A DNA stretch of 64,000 nucleotides from Candidatus Eiseniibacteriota bacterium (GTDB lineage: Bacteria > Eisenbacteria > RBG-16-71-46 > CAVPCR01): NCBI GenBank assembly GCA_963823555.1, contig CAWGMA010000003.1, positions 384,001 through 448,000 on the forward strand. Reading direction: 5' to 3'. Shown in pieces: positions 32,363 to 41,773 of the stretch. Position 1 is the first letter of the stretch. Every line of letters starts with the position of its first letter. The notes beneath the pieces are model-generated. The model did not search any database. It was given only the letters and a program-made list of their open reading frames with translations, and had not been told where the DNA came from. The translations under genes and the position numbers were made by a program.

Positions 32363-33001
32363 ATGAGAGACTTCATGCAGCATCTTTGGATGTCCATGTG
32401 GGTCGCATGCTACCTTGCATGCGTCGTTGGCTGCCATCGGGACGATCACGAAGTGTCCGCCATCTCGTTGAGAATCGAGCGCCGCCTCGGACTCAAGTTG
32501 CCCTGCGAAATCCATAGCGCCCAAGAGTACGATGATGGGGGGTCAATTGGCGGGACAATCCTGGACGCTACCGGGCAACAACTCCAGTTCTGGTGGGATG
32601 GCGGCATGCGCCTTCGTCCTGAGGATGTTAGCCACTTAGGCGATCGATTCGGTACTACAGATCCCGTAACCTCAGGTCCACGTTTGGTGTACTTGGGCGC
32701 CCATCATCGAGAAGACCGCCAGGCGCGCGCACTTCTAGTTGGCAGCGCGGAGGAAAGTGCCTTCGTTGATGTGCTGCGTCTGGCTGTGTCGAAACACTTC
32801 CCATTAGCCACTCAGGACAGCATTGCGGCCATCTGGATGGACCACCGCCCACTTTCCGGCAGAACCGCTTTGGCAGATCATCTTTCCCGTTCAGAGACTC
32901 ATGAACTCGAAGCCATTCGCCTTGCGGTCCTTCTGAGAATGCAGCGTTCGGGCACCACAATCGATCCAATGTCGTGCCCGTCGGCGACGGTTCCCCAATG
33001 A
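32363..33001 (+). CDS. hypothetical protein, possible lipoprotein (cassette 9)
   Basis: ORF fills the cassette; VVGC lipobox-like motif. Confidence 0.65.
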   Translation: MRDFMQHLWMSMWVACYLACVVGCHRDDHEVSAISLRIERRLGLKLPCEIHSAQEYDDGGSIGGTILDATGQQLQFWWDGGMRLRPEDVSHLGDRFGTTDPVTSGPRLVYLGAHHREDRQARALLVGSAEESAFVDVLRLAVSKHFPLATQDSIAAIWMDHRPLSGRTALADHLSRSETHELEAIRLAVLLRMQRSGTTIDPMSCPSATVPQ

Positions 33002-33021
33002 TAGAACAAGTTACGCGTGGC

Positions 33022-33180
33022 GCCAAACACGCGGCCTGGCGGCTCCGCTCGCTACGCTCGCTTCGCCTAACCCGGCGCTTTCCGTCACGGCGCTTGCAGT
33101 GACGGGCCGCGCTGGAGTCCATCTTGCTGCGGCAAGCGCCGTGCCGGGCGCCGGGTTCGCCAGCCGCGGTATCGTTAGCC
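33022..33180 (+). repeat. attC-like site 9
   Basis: GCCAAAC...GTTAGCC. Confidence 0.85.
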
Positions 33181-33202
33181 GCCCGCCCGGGGAAGCACCT
33201 TG

Positions 33203-33756
33203 ATGAAGTTCGGCTTGGCCTCGTCGCCCTCATTCGCCGCACTGCACCTGGTGTTGACCATTGCGCATCGGGCCCAGCGGTTGGCTACAGCCAGGAGCCA
33301 GGCGACGCAACCTACGTATTCGTTGCGCGCGCCAGCGGTTGCTATCGTCTCGAAGTGCTCGGCCGTTCAAGAGTCCTCCCCCGCGGGGCGCCGCCGGGGT
33401 TCCCCCAGGCGTCACTTCCTCGGGTGTTTCGCTTGCTCCCACAGCGAGATCAGCGTCGCATCGTTGACTTCGAGGGCATCGGCTCGCGATCATCGACCCG
33501 CTCTGACGCACTCGGAGCATGGCAAGTAGCGCCTCTACCATTCCCGCCCAATTCATCATCGTGGAGCCATTCTGGTTGGGAACCCTTCGCTGAGGGCGAC
33601 AGCATCAAGGTCACATGGGTGTGGGGCTACGAAGCCAGCGTGCTCCTCCTCGGTGTAGCTCCGGATACTCTCCACGGCGTGCTAGAACGGCGCGCCGACA
33701 TTGGTGGACCACAGAGCATCGAAAGAGTCATCGCCATTCGCATGAAATGCCAGTGA
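33203..33756 (+). pseudogene. hypothetical exported protein, probably frameshifted (cassette 10)
   Basis: Leader MKFGLASS..LHLVLTI in one frame, body CASGPA..IRMKCQ in another ending just before the attC. Confidence 0.45.
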
Positions 33757-33772
33757 TGGTGTTCCACAGGGC

Positions 33773-33937
33773 GGCTAACGCGCGGCTAGGCGGCTCCGCT
33801 CGCTCGCTCCGCTCGCATCGCTACGCCCAACCCGCCGTCCGTCACGGCGCTTGCGATCGGAGACGGGTTGAGGTTCGCTCTTGCTGCGGCAAGCGCCGCG
33901 CCGGCCGCCGGGTTCGCCAGGCCGCGAAACGTTATAC
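33773..33937 (+). repeat. attC-like site 10
   Basis: GGCTAAC...GAAAC-GTTATAC. Confidence 0.85.
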
Positions 33938-33966
33938 GCCCGCACGCTAACCACCGGGAGGTGGTG

Positions 33967-34862
33967 ATGATCAGACATCTCTCCTTGTTGGGATGCATCC
34001 TGCTCTCGGTCCTTCCAGTGGCAGCGGCTGTAGTGCCGACCAATGCCTTCGCAGACGGCACCTGGCAATTCCTAAGTTCGTTTCTCTGTAATGCCGACGA
34101 CATCGCAATTGACTCGCAACACAACGTCTACGTCCTAGACATGGGCGAGTACCCTACGATAAAGGTCTTCAATTTCCAGGGCGACCTCTTGCGTGAAGAA
34201 TGGGGCTTCGCCTATGCAAGGGCCATCGCTATCGATGACGATGACTTTCTCTATGTCTTGAACTACCTTCACGAGGGCTACTCCCGGCGAGGTTGGGTTG
34301 AAACGGTACGACCTGAACTTCCAACCGCATGGAGGCTGGGACTATGCCAGTAGCGATCTCGAGATGGGCACAGCAATCGACGTACACGGTGGGATTGCCT
34401 ATATAGCCACGGTGCAATAGTCTACTCAAGTTTTCGACCAGCGGGGTACTGCTCGATACCTTCGCCTGGGGCTGGTGGCGGGTCGCGGTCGCAATCGACG
34501 GAAGCGTATGGGTCGCGCAGTACTACGGAGGCTTGGTGCGACACTACTCCGCCGACGGCGACATCCTCCACGAGTGGCGCACGATTCTTCCAGGGGAGCA
34601 ATACAGTGCCCCGAACGACATCGCAGTCGACTCGCGGCAGCGCGTCATCGTTGCAGATTTGGAGGCAATGCTGGTGAAGGTCTTTCGCGCGGATGGCATT
34701 CTCGATAGCACGATTGAGCTCTGGCCCTTTTCTATCGCTCTGGATGGCGACAACATCCTCCATGTCGGTGCGTCGGAGCCAATGTACCTTATGAAGTTTG
34801 TATACGTCCCAGTTTCGGTGGATCAGTCATCGTGGGGCAGGATCAAGGCCGCATTCAAGTAG
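33967..34862 (+). pseudogene. NHL-repeat beta-propeller secreted protein with SWGRIK tail, frameshifted (cassette 11)
   Basis: DIAIDSQHNVYVLD and PNDIAVDSRQRVIVAD repeats split over ORFs ending 34353 and 34862. Confidence 0.7.
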
Positions 34863-34912
34863 ATGACAACGCGAGCGAAAGAACAGCCCGATTCTGGTCC
34901 CTTCGTGCGGGC

Positions 34913-35077
34913 GCATAACGCGCGGCTGGGCGGCTCCGCTCGCTCGCTGCGCTCGCATCGCTTCGCCCAACCCGCCGTCCGTCACGGCGCTTGCCGTGAC
35001 GGGCCGCGCTGGAGGTCACCTTGCTCCGGCAAGCGCCGTGCCGTCCGCCGGGTTCGCCAGCCACGGTATCGTTATGC
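34913..35077 (+). repeat. attC-like site 11
   Basis: GCATAAC...GTTATGC. Confidence 0.85.
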
Positions 35078-35159
35078 GTCCGGCACCTCCGCCGACAGGG
35101 GTCTTTGAACTACCGGCTTTGTCGAGTACTCTCTTCGCCCGGAGGCCAGCCAGGAATCC

Positions 35160-35504
35160 ATGCCACCCATCGCCAACGCGGACCGGGCCGTCATCGAGCC
35201 GCAAAAGCTCAGGGGCTATCTCCTCTCCCGAACTCACGCCGTCGGGCGCTTCAAAGCCATCTTCTTTCGGTCGCTCGGCTATTCCGCCTCTCGCTGGCAA
35301 CGTCTCGAGGCCGACCTCCGGGCTCACCTCTTGGCCAATGACCCCGCCTTCGAGGAGGAGTCTCCCTACGGCCGCAAGTACCTCATTCGTGGTACCCTTC
35401 GTGGACCCAATGGCCGCCAGGCGGAGGTCGTCGCCATCTGGATCCTCCTCGCCGGGGACACCATCCCTCGCTTCGTAACCGCCTATCCGGGGGAACGGAA
35501 ATGA
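35160..35504 (+). CDS. DUF6883-like putative toxin
   Basis: KLRGYLLSRTHAVGRFKA, YGRKY, PRFVTAYP; ATGA overlap with partner gene. Confidence 0.7.
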   Translation: MPPIANADRAVIEPQKLRGYLLSRTHAVGRFKAIFFRSLGYSASRWQRLEADLRAHLLANDPAFEEESPYGRKYLIRGTLRGPNGRQAEVVAIWILLAGDTIPRFVTAYPGERK

Positions 35505-35734
35505 GCTTTCACACCCTCGATACCGTCGTCCTCAACAAGGACCTGCCCGAGCACAGCCTGAGGGCTGGCGATCTCGGTGCCGTTGTCCAGGTCTACGAAC
35601 CTGACGGCCTCGAGGTCGAATTCGTCACCGCCTCTGGGAAGACCGAAGCCGTGGTCACACTTCATGCCTCCGATGTCCGCCACGTCGAGGACAGCGACAT
35701 CATCGCCGTTCGACGCCTTAAGCGCTCTGCATAG
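35501..35734 (+). CDS. DUF4926 domain protein (putative antitoxin)
   Basis: LDTVVL..DLPE..GDLGAVV..EVEF. Confidence 0.8.
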   Translation: MSFHTLDTVVLNKDLPEHSLRAGDLGAVVQVYEPDGLEVEFVTASGKTEAVVTLHASDVRHVEDSDIIAVRRLKRSA

Positions 35735-35808
35735 CGTCAAGCTCCCCGCGAGCCGCGCTCTCCGCTTCTCAACAGAGATCATCGGGCGACATTGAAGGGG
35801 TGCCGGAC

Positions 35809-35968
35809 GCATAACACGCGGCCTGGCGGCTCCGCTCGCTGCGCTTGCTCCGCCCAACCCGGCGCTTTCCGTCACGGCGCTTGCCGTCAGGGGCTGGGTT
35901 GGGATTCAGTCTTTCTGCGGCAAGCGCCGCGCCGGCCACCGGGTTCGCCAGCCGCGGTATCGTTTTGC
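35809..35968 (+). repeat. attC-like site 12
   Basis: GCATAAC...GTTTTGC. Confidence 0.85.
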
Positions 35969-36015
35969 GTCAACCCCTGCCACCAGCTGCACCACAACCG
36001 GGGCCCGCGGCTCTC

Positions 36016-36044
36016 TTGATGTGGCGAGGCGATCTCGCTACAAT
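36016..36044 (+). promoter_or_regulatory. cassette-internal promoter
   Basis: TTGATG-N17-TACAAT. Confidence 0.65.
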
Positions 36045-36064
36045 CGCGCCACGAGGTGAATCCA

Positions 36065-36259
36065 ATGGAACTGTCTCTCAAGCTCACACAGGCTCAGGAG
36101 CGCCAGCTGGCGGATATCGCCGCTCGCCTTCACGTCTCACCATCCGACCTCGCCGCCGCTGCGATCCGCGACCTCCTATCACACCCCGACGACGCTTTCA
36201 CCGAGGCTGCCGAGCGCGTGCTGGCCAAGAATCTCGAGCTCTATAGACGGTTGGCGTAA
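36065..36259 (+). CDS. putative antitoxin (RHH-like)
   Basis: Small gene abutting doc; ends KNLELYRRLA. Confidence 0.75.
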   Translation: MELSLKLTQAQERQLADIAARLHVSPSDLAAAAIRDLLSHPDDAFTEAAERVLAKNLELYRRLA

Positions 36260-36658
36260 GTGCGCTACCTCACGCTGGCCGAAGTCCTTGAACTCCACCA
36301 GTTGCTCGTTCAACGCACTGGCGGCGCTGCTGGCGTTCGGGACTTCGGGGCACTCGAGTCAGCCATCGCCCAGGCGCGGCTGTCTTTCCAAGGTGCCGAT
36401 TTCTACCCCGAGATCGAGGACAAGGCGGCAGCTCTCGGCTACTTCATCATCAGCGGGCACCCCTTTGTTGACGGCAACAAGAGGGTCGGGCATGCCGCCA
36501 TGGAGGTTCTGCTGCTTCTCAACAACAGGCGTTTGGATGCGTCCGTCGACGACAGCGAGCACATCGTTCTCGAGATCGCTAACGGCCGCTGCTCACGCGA
36601 TCAGCTCGCGCATTGGCTTCGCGCACACACCTCGCCTATCTCGACCGAATCTCCCTGA
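36260..36658 (+). CDS. doc: death-on-curing (Fic/Doc) toxin
   Basis: HPFVDGNKRVG, GVRDFGALESA. Confidence 0.9.
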   Translation: MRYLTLAEVLELHQLLVQRTGGAAGVRDFGALESAIAQARLSFQGADFYPEIEDKAAALGYFIISGHPFVDGNKRVGHAAMEVLLLLNNRRLDASVDDSEHIVLEIANGRCSRDQLAHWLRAHTSPISTESP

Positions 36659-36709
36659 AGCGCAGGCCTTCGCCTCTCAGCCTCTCTGTGTCTTCCTCCC
36701 GGGGTTGGC

Positions 36710-36884
36710 GCAAAACACGTGGCCTGCTGGCTCCCCGTGCGCCGGCTGCGCCGGCCACGGGGTCGCGCAACCCGCCGCTGTCCGTCACGGCGCTTGCTTG
36801 CTTGGTTGCTGCTGCCTTCTCCGCCTCCGTCGCGGCAAGCGCCGCGCCGGGGCGGCGGGTTCAGCAGCCGCGGTATCGTTAGGC
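36710..36884 (+). repeat. attC-like site 13 (divergent, with compensatory changes)
   Basis: GCAAAAC...GTTAGGC; TGCTG/CAGCA and AACCCGCCGC/GCGGCGGGTT pairs. Confidence 0.8.
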
Positions 36885-36929
36885 GCACGCCGGACGCCGA
36901 TTCTCCTGGCGATCCGAGGAGGAAGAGAG

Positions 36930-38255
36930 ATGCTGTTGTTTGGCAAAGGCGCGGTTTTGCTTGGACTGGCAGCCTTGCTCCAAGTCTCGCCGGGCGAGGC
37001 GCGCACATTGATCGTCCCTGACCAGTACCCGACCATCCAGCAGGCGGTAAATGCGAGCGCCCAGGGCGATACGGTGCTCGTTCGACCGGGGACATACTTC
37101 GGCACGGTCGTGCTCGACGAACGCGGACTCACTCTCACGAGTGAACAGGGTGCGGAGGCGACCGTCCTCGATGGCCAGCAGTCCGGCCCCGTCCTGGCGT
37201 TCTCCTATGCCGGAGTTACCATCGAGGGATTCACCATCCGTAACGCTGGCGACAACGGCATTCGCGGGATCAACTCGACGGTCACCGTCCGCGACTGCGC
37301 CATCATCGACAATCAGGGGGCCGGAAACGATGGTGGTGGCGTTATGTTTCGCGCCTGCATCATCACATTCGTGAACAACCGAGTCATTGGCAACGTAGCC
37401 ATGCTCGATGGTGGCGGCTTGTATCTGTATGCCTGTCAGGGCCTCATCGATGGTTGCATCATCGCAGACAATCGAGCGAGTTCCGGCGGCGGCGTCATTT
37501 TCAACGTCTCCACATTTCCATATCTACATCTGCGGAACACCGTGATCGCGCGGAACACCGCCATGTTGTATGGCGGGGGTGTGCTAGTCAACAGCGGCGC
37601 GCGGCCTCATCTGTGGAACGCGACCATAGTGGGGAATTCTGCCGAGCATTCCGGCGGTGGCATATGGCTCAACGCTACCTCTGCTCCTTATGTCTGGCTG
37701 ACCCTCGTGGCCATAAACGCGGCACCGGTGGGCGGTGGCGTTCACGGATTCCAGCCTGGCGCGAATCCTACCTACTATTGCAGCGACCTTTGGGGGAACG
37801 CTGGCGGCAATTTCGGCGGCTACTTACAGAACCCGATCGGCATTAATGGCAACATCTCACTGGACCCGCAGTTCTGCGATGCGGACGCCGGGGACTACCG
37901 GGTTCTACCGTCTTCGCCTTGCCTGCCGGAGAATCACCCGGGCGGCTGCGGCCCAATCGGTGCCCTCGGTGCTTGCCCTGCAAGCGCTCTCGAACTCCCT
38001 GCCTCTGAACAGATGCTCCATCTGACCGTCTCGCCGAATCCGAGTCGGGCGTCGGTGACAATCGCGACGCCAGCCAGATTCCTCCCGGCGATGGCCGAGC
38101 TGTACGATGCCAGCGGCCGGCACCACGGACGACGGCTGCTACGTTCGGAGCATGAGGAATGGGTACTCGATACCACTGCCCCGGGAGGCGTGTACTTTCT
38201 TGTGGTCCAGCACGGCGCCGCAACCTCGACCGTCAAGGTTGTCGTGGTACGGTGA
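36930..38255 (+). CDS. secreted right-handed beta-helix (pectin lyase-like) protein with T9SS-like C-terminal domain (cassette 14)
   Basis: VPDQYPTIQQAV, GGG/N repeats, VSPNP..GVYFLVV..KVVVVR tail; GAGGAGG RBS. Confidence 0.82.
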   Translation: MLLFGKGAVLLGLAALLQVSPGEARTLIVPDQYPTIQQAVNASAQGDTVLVRPGTYFGTVVLDERGLTLTSEQGAEATVLDGQQSGPVLAFSYAGVTIEGFTIRNAGDNGIRGINSTVTVRDCAIIDNQGAGNDGGGVMFRACIITFVNNRVIGNVAMLDGGGLYLYACQGLIDGCIIADNRASSGGGVIFNVSTFPYLHLRNTVIARNTAMLYGGGVLVNSGARPHLWNATIVGNSAEHSGGGIWLNATSAPYVWLTLVAINAAPVGGGVHGFQPGANPTYYCSDLWGNAGGNFGGYLQNPIGINGNISLDPQFCDADAGDYRVLPSSPCLPENHPGGCGPIGALGACPASALELPASEQMLHLTVSPNPSRASVTIATPARFLPAMAELYDASGRHHGRRLLRSEHEEWVLDTTAPGGVYFLVVQHGAATSTVKVVVVR

Positions 38256-38297
38256 TCGCTTCGTTGCTTTCGGCGTGTCTTTGAGTTGCCCGCGTGC

Positions 38298-38456
38298 GCC
38301 TAACACGCGGCCTGGCGGCTCCGCTCGCTGCGCTCGCTTCGCCCAACCCGGCGCTCTCCGTCACGGCGCTTGCCGTGACGGGCCGTGCTGGAGGCCACCT
38401 TGCTGCGGCAAGCGCCGTGCCGGGCGCCGGGTTCGCCAGTCGCGGTATCGTTATAC
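38298..38456 (+). repeat. attC-like site 14
   Basis: GCCTAAC...GTTATAC. Confidence 0.85.
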
Positions 38457-38551
38457 GGCAGACGAGTGCCCTGTCGATCTCCTAACGACCCGCTGTCGGA
38501 GACAAGGCGGACGTACTTGCCAAAGCCCTGATGCTCCGCTAGTCTCGCTGC

Positions 38552-38833
38552 GTGGAGCTTCGGTTCTACATCGACCCAGAAACCGGCGAGCCGCATATCA
38601 ACGGTCACGGTGTTTCGGACATTGAGGTGTCCGACGTGATGGCCCGTCCACTCGAGGATCGACCCGGCCGCGAGGGGGCTCGAGTCACCCTCGGTCAGAC
38701 TCGCGGCGGTCGCTACCTTCGGGTCATCTATGTCCCGGACCCCGTTCCCGGCTCGGTGTTCGTGATCACTGCCTACGAGGTTGGGCCAAAGGTGCGGCAC
38801 GCGTTGCGGCGGCGCCTCAAGAAGAGACAATGA
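38552..38833 (+). CDS. DUF4258/BrnT-like putative toxin
   Basis: PHINGHGV, GQTRGGRYLRVIY, VITAY; promoter TTGCCA-N17-TAGTCT at 38517-38545. Confidence 0.75.
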   Translation: MELRFYIDPETGEPHINGHGVSDIEVSDVMARPLEDRPGREGARVTLGQTRGGRYLRVIYVPDPVPGSVFVITAYEVGPKVRHALRRRLKKRQ

Positions 38834-39039
38834 GCCAAACACAAGACAGCAGGTTCCCCCCGGGCTGGGATGAGGAGCGGGTACGCCGAGTGCTGGAGCA
38901 TTACGCTTCGCAGACGGATGAAGAAGCCCTTGCTGAGGACGAAGCGGCCTACGAGGAAACTACCCACACGACGATCAGTATCCCCGTCGAACTGGTGCCC
39001 GAGGTCCGCGAGCTTCTTGCCAAGCGAAAGCTCGCCTAG
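38830..39039 (+). CDS. putative antitoxin
   Basis: Acidic 69 aa protein, ATGA overlap with toxin gene. Confidence 0.7.
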   Translation: MSQTQDSRFPPGWDEERVRRVLEHYASQTDEEALAEDEAAYEETTHTTISIPVELVPEVRELLAKRKLA

Positions 39040-39144
39040 CGCCTCAGGTGCCCTCAGCGCGGCATCACCACAGCCGAGCCACTTCGTGCCTCGAGTGACA
39101 CGCGGCGCGCAACCGAGCCTGCGCTGTCCCATTCCACGCCGCTC

Positions 39145-39310
39145 GCATAACACGCGGCTGGGCGGCTCCGCTCGCTCGCTACGCTCGCATCGCTCCGCCC
39201 AACCCGGTCGTCCGTCACGGCGCTTGCCGTGACGGGCCGCGCTGGAGGCCACCTTGCTGCGGCAAGCGCCGTGCCGGGCGCCGGGTTCGCCAGCCGCGGT
39301 ATCGTTATAC
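39145..39310 (+). repeat. attC-like site 15
   Basis: GCATAAC...GTTATAC. Confidence 0.85.
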
Positions 39311-39367
39311 GGCAGACGAGTGCCATAGCCAGCCCCCGAAGCGCCAATCCAGCCGCTAGCTGAACTA

Positions 39368-39403
39368 ATAACGCTTGCCGTTATGTCCAGCGATTGCTAC
39401 CCT
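39368..39403 (+). promoter_or_regulatory. higBA promoter with overlapping operator
   Basis: TTGCCG-N17-TACCCT; palindrome ATAACG-N5-CGTTAT over the -35. Confidence 0.65.
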
Positions 39404-39410
39404 CGGTGGC

Positions 39411-39692
39411 GTGATTCGCAGCTTTGGCGACCGCGAGACCGAGAGGGTCTTCCGTGGAGGGCATTCGCGCAGGCTCCCGACTGACTTGCAGCGCATTGCC
39501 CAGCGAAAGCTCGCTATGCTGGACGCTGCCCAGAACCTGCATGACCTTCGGGTGCCCCCAGGCAATCGCTTGGAGCGGCTCTCCGGAGATCGCGCGGGCC
39601 AGTATAGTATTCGAATCAATGACCAGTGGCGCATCTGCTTCGTCTGGGCAGAGGGAGATGCGCACGACGTTGAAATCGTCGACTACCACTGA
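39411..39692 (+). CDS. higB: HigB (RelE family) toxin
   Basis: DLRVPPGNRLERL, SIRINDQWRICF, IVDYH. Confidence 0.92.
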   Translation: MIRSFGDRETERVFRGGHSRRLPTDLQRIAQRKLAMLDAAQNLHDLRVPPGNRLERLSGDRAGQYSIRINDQWRICFVWAEGDAHDVEIVDYH

Positions 39693-39704
39693 GAAGCGTA
39701 AGCA

Positions 39705-40010
39705 ATGCCTAAGAAGAACCGACCACCAGTTCACCCCGGTGAGATCTTGCTGGAGGAGTTCCTCAATCCAATGGGGATCAGCCAGTACCGGCTTGCGCGG
39801 GACATCAGTGTCCCTCCCCGCCGAATCAACGAGATCGTGCATGGCAAGCGAGCGGTCACTGCGGATACGGCGCTTCGGCTGTCACGGTACTTCGGTACCT
39901 CGGATCGGTTCTGGCTCAATCTGCAGGTGAGATACGATCTGGAGGTTGAGCGTGCCCGTCTTCGGGGTCGGCTCACTCGGGAAGTGACTGTCCTGCGGAA
40001 GGCGGGATAG
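39705..40010 (+). CDS. higA: HigA antitoxin
   Basis: HPGEILLEEFL, RINEIVHGKR, FWLNLQ. Confidence 0.93.
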   Translation: MPKKNRPPVHPGEILLEEFLNPMGISQYRLARDISVPPRRINEIVHGKRAVTADTALRLSRYFGTSDRFWLNLQVRYDLEVERARLRGRLTREVTVLRKAG

Positions 40011-40045
40011 CACAGGGCGCTGCGCGGGCTCTTGGTTCGTCTGCC

Positions 40046-40063
40046 GCATAAGGGCAGTTAGCC
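40046..40063 (+). other. truncated attC / attI-like hybrid junction
   Basis: GCATAA-GGGCA-GTTAGCC in place of a 160 bp attC; GGGCAGTTA is identical to 27171-27179. Confidence 0.75.
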
Positions 40064-40099
40064 GAACCCCACGGGTCCCGAGCACATGAGGCTACGTCC

Positions 40100-40723
40100 A
40101 TGCTGTGTAGATGCCCTCTTCCGCACTTGCTCGTGGTCGCCATCGCTATTGGCTTCACCGCGGCCATGGACGCCGAGGCAGTGCCGACGATCGTGATGGA
40201 CGTGCAGGGTGAACTCGTCTTCTGCCCTGCAGTAGACCCCTGTGTCGCACCGAATCAGCCGCGGGTGAATATCCCGGCGATTGAGCAGTGGTTCTATGCC
40301 TACGTCTTCGCGCGCAACTACGACGATGTCGCCGCGATCCAGTGGGCCTTTGACTGGCCTCCGACCTTGGTCGTCGGCGGTGGCTTCTGGCTGTGCCCTC
40401 CCGGCTCCATCGGGATTCCCGAGCAGCCACCGTATGGTCCCGGCCCGATCGCCGGCAGCTGCGGTGCCATCTTCAATTGCGTCTCCGGCGGGGCTTCGAT
40501 GTTGATCGGGTGGGTTGGCGTGCGCCCCGGAACTGGATGCCTCGAGATCATTGAATCCGGGTTTCCAAATGGCACGCATATTGTCACATGCTCCGGGGCG
40601 ATCGTACCCGTCCCACCTGCCAACCGAGGCAAGATCTGCGTCGGTGAGGGCGGCATTGACGCCTGCAAGTCTCTGGTTCCTGTCACGCCAGCAACCTGGG
40701 GTGCAATCAAGAACACCTATTGA
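40100..40723 (+). CDS. secreted Cys-rich protein with TWGxIK tail (cassette 17)
   Basis: Signal peptide, ARNYDDVAAIQWAFDW, VTPATWGAIKNTY. Confidence 0.8.
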   Translation: MLCRCPLPHLLVVAIAIGFTAAMDAEAVPTIVMDVQGELVFCPAVDPCVAPNQPRVNIPAIEQWFYAYVFARNYDDVAAIQWAFDWPPTLVVGGGFWLCPPGSIGIPEQPPYGPGPIAGSCGAIFNCVSGGASMLIGWVGVRPGTGCLEIIESGFPNGTHIVTCSGAIVPVPPANRGKICVGEGGIDACKSLVPVTPATWGAIKNTY

Positions 40724-40759
40724 TCTGTCGTGAGAGCGCACTATGGTGGGGTGGGGTTC

Positions 40760-40917
40760 GGCTAACGCGTGGCCGGCGGCTCCGCTTGCTGCGCTCGCTA
40801 CGCCCAACCCGGCGCTTTCCGTCACGGCGCTTGCAGTGACGGGCCGCGCTGGAGGCTCCCTTGCTGCGGCAAGCGCCGCGCCGGGCGCCGGGTTCGCCAG
40901 CCGCGGTATCGTTAAGC
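40760..40917 (+). repeat. attC-like site 17
   Basis: GGCTAAC...GTTAAGC. Confidence 0.85.
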
Positions 40918-40958
40918 GCCCTACGCCATTGGTCTTAAGAAGAACCGGCCTGGAGTCC

Positions 40959-41441
40959 ATGAAGCCCCTTTGCCTTACGTTAGCCTTCGCACTCTGCCTC
41001 TGCACATTCCCAACCGCAGTCCCGGGGCAGATTCTCTCTGGCTTTCCCCTGCATGCGATTCAGCTCGGCGCGGGCGAGTGCGACATCACTGACCCCTGCG
41101 CCTTTGGCATCAGCACAACGGTTCTTCCTGGATTCCTCACGGTCATCTACATCTGGACTCGCAACACCGGTCCGATCGCTGGAATCCAAACCGCTTTCGA
41201 TTGGGACCCCGGCACCTGGACCCTCGCCTACAGCGAGTGGGACTGCCAGCAAGGCCAACTCACAACGCATGTTCCTTCGGGACCGGGGCCCGTTGATGGC
41301 ACCATCTCGACCGTGTTCGACTGCGCGACCTACGGTGCTAGCTCGTGGATCATCGGAAAGCTCTACATGATCCCCTCATCTGGCTGCTTGCGACAGGTTC
41401 AATCCGCCCTGGCCTTCGGGACCTGTGTTTGCTTGTCCTGA
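40959..41441 (+). CDS. secreted Cys-rich protein, same family as 40100; C-terminus probably frameshifted (cassette 18)
   Basis: AGIQTAFDW motif; homologous GTICV segment continues in another frame after ~41425. Confidence 0.65.
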   Translation: MKPLCLTLAFALCLCTFPTAVPGQILSGFPLHAIQLGAGECDITDPCAFGISTTVLPGFLTVIYIWTRNTGPIAGIQTAFDWDPGTWTLAYSEWDCQQGQLTTHVPSGPGPVDGTISTVFDCATYGASSWIIGKLYMIPSSGCLRQVQSALAFGTCVCLS

Positions 41442-41585
41442 GGGTGCATGGCCGATCTACCCAGAGGCCTGCGGTACCATTTGCGTCAACGAGCCTGGCA
41501 TGATCGCCTGCTGGCCTGGACGAGGAACCGGCGAGCGTGAGGGCCACGAGGCGCAGTACTGCCAGTGGTTTGCGTGCGTAGGGCG

Positions 41586-41745
41586 TCATAACACGCGGCC
41601 TGGCGGCTCCGCTCGCTGCGCTCGCTCCGCTGCAACCCGGCGCTTTCCGTCACGGCGCTTGCCGTGACGGGCTGCGCTGGAGTACCCCTTGCTGCGGCAA
41701 GCGCCGCGCCGGGCGCCGGGTTCGCCAGCCGCGGAGACGTCATAC
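41586..41745 (+). repeat. attC-like site 18
   Basis: TCATAAC...GGAGAC-GTCATAC (GTC core). Confidence 0.8.
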
Positions 41746-41773
41746 GCCCTTGGCCGTGGGTCGTAGGAGAAAG

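Noticed and set aside
36288..36929. N-terminal extension of the 655 aa ORF (similarly 29689, 33868, 40743)
   Set aside because: These are read-throughs of stop-poor GC-rich attC; real starts with RBS or signal peptides lie inside the cassettes.
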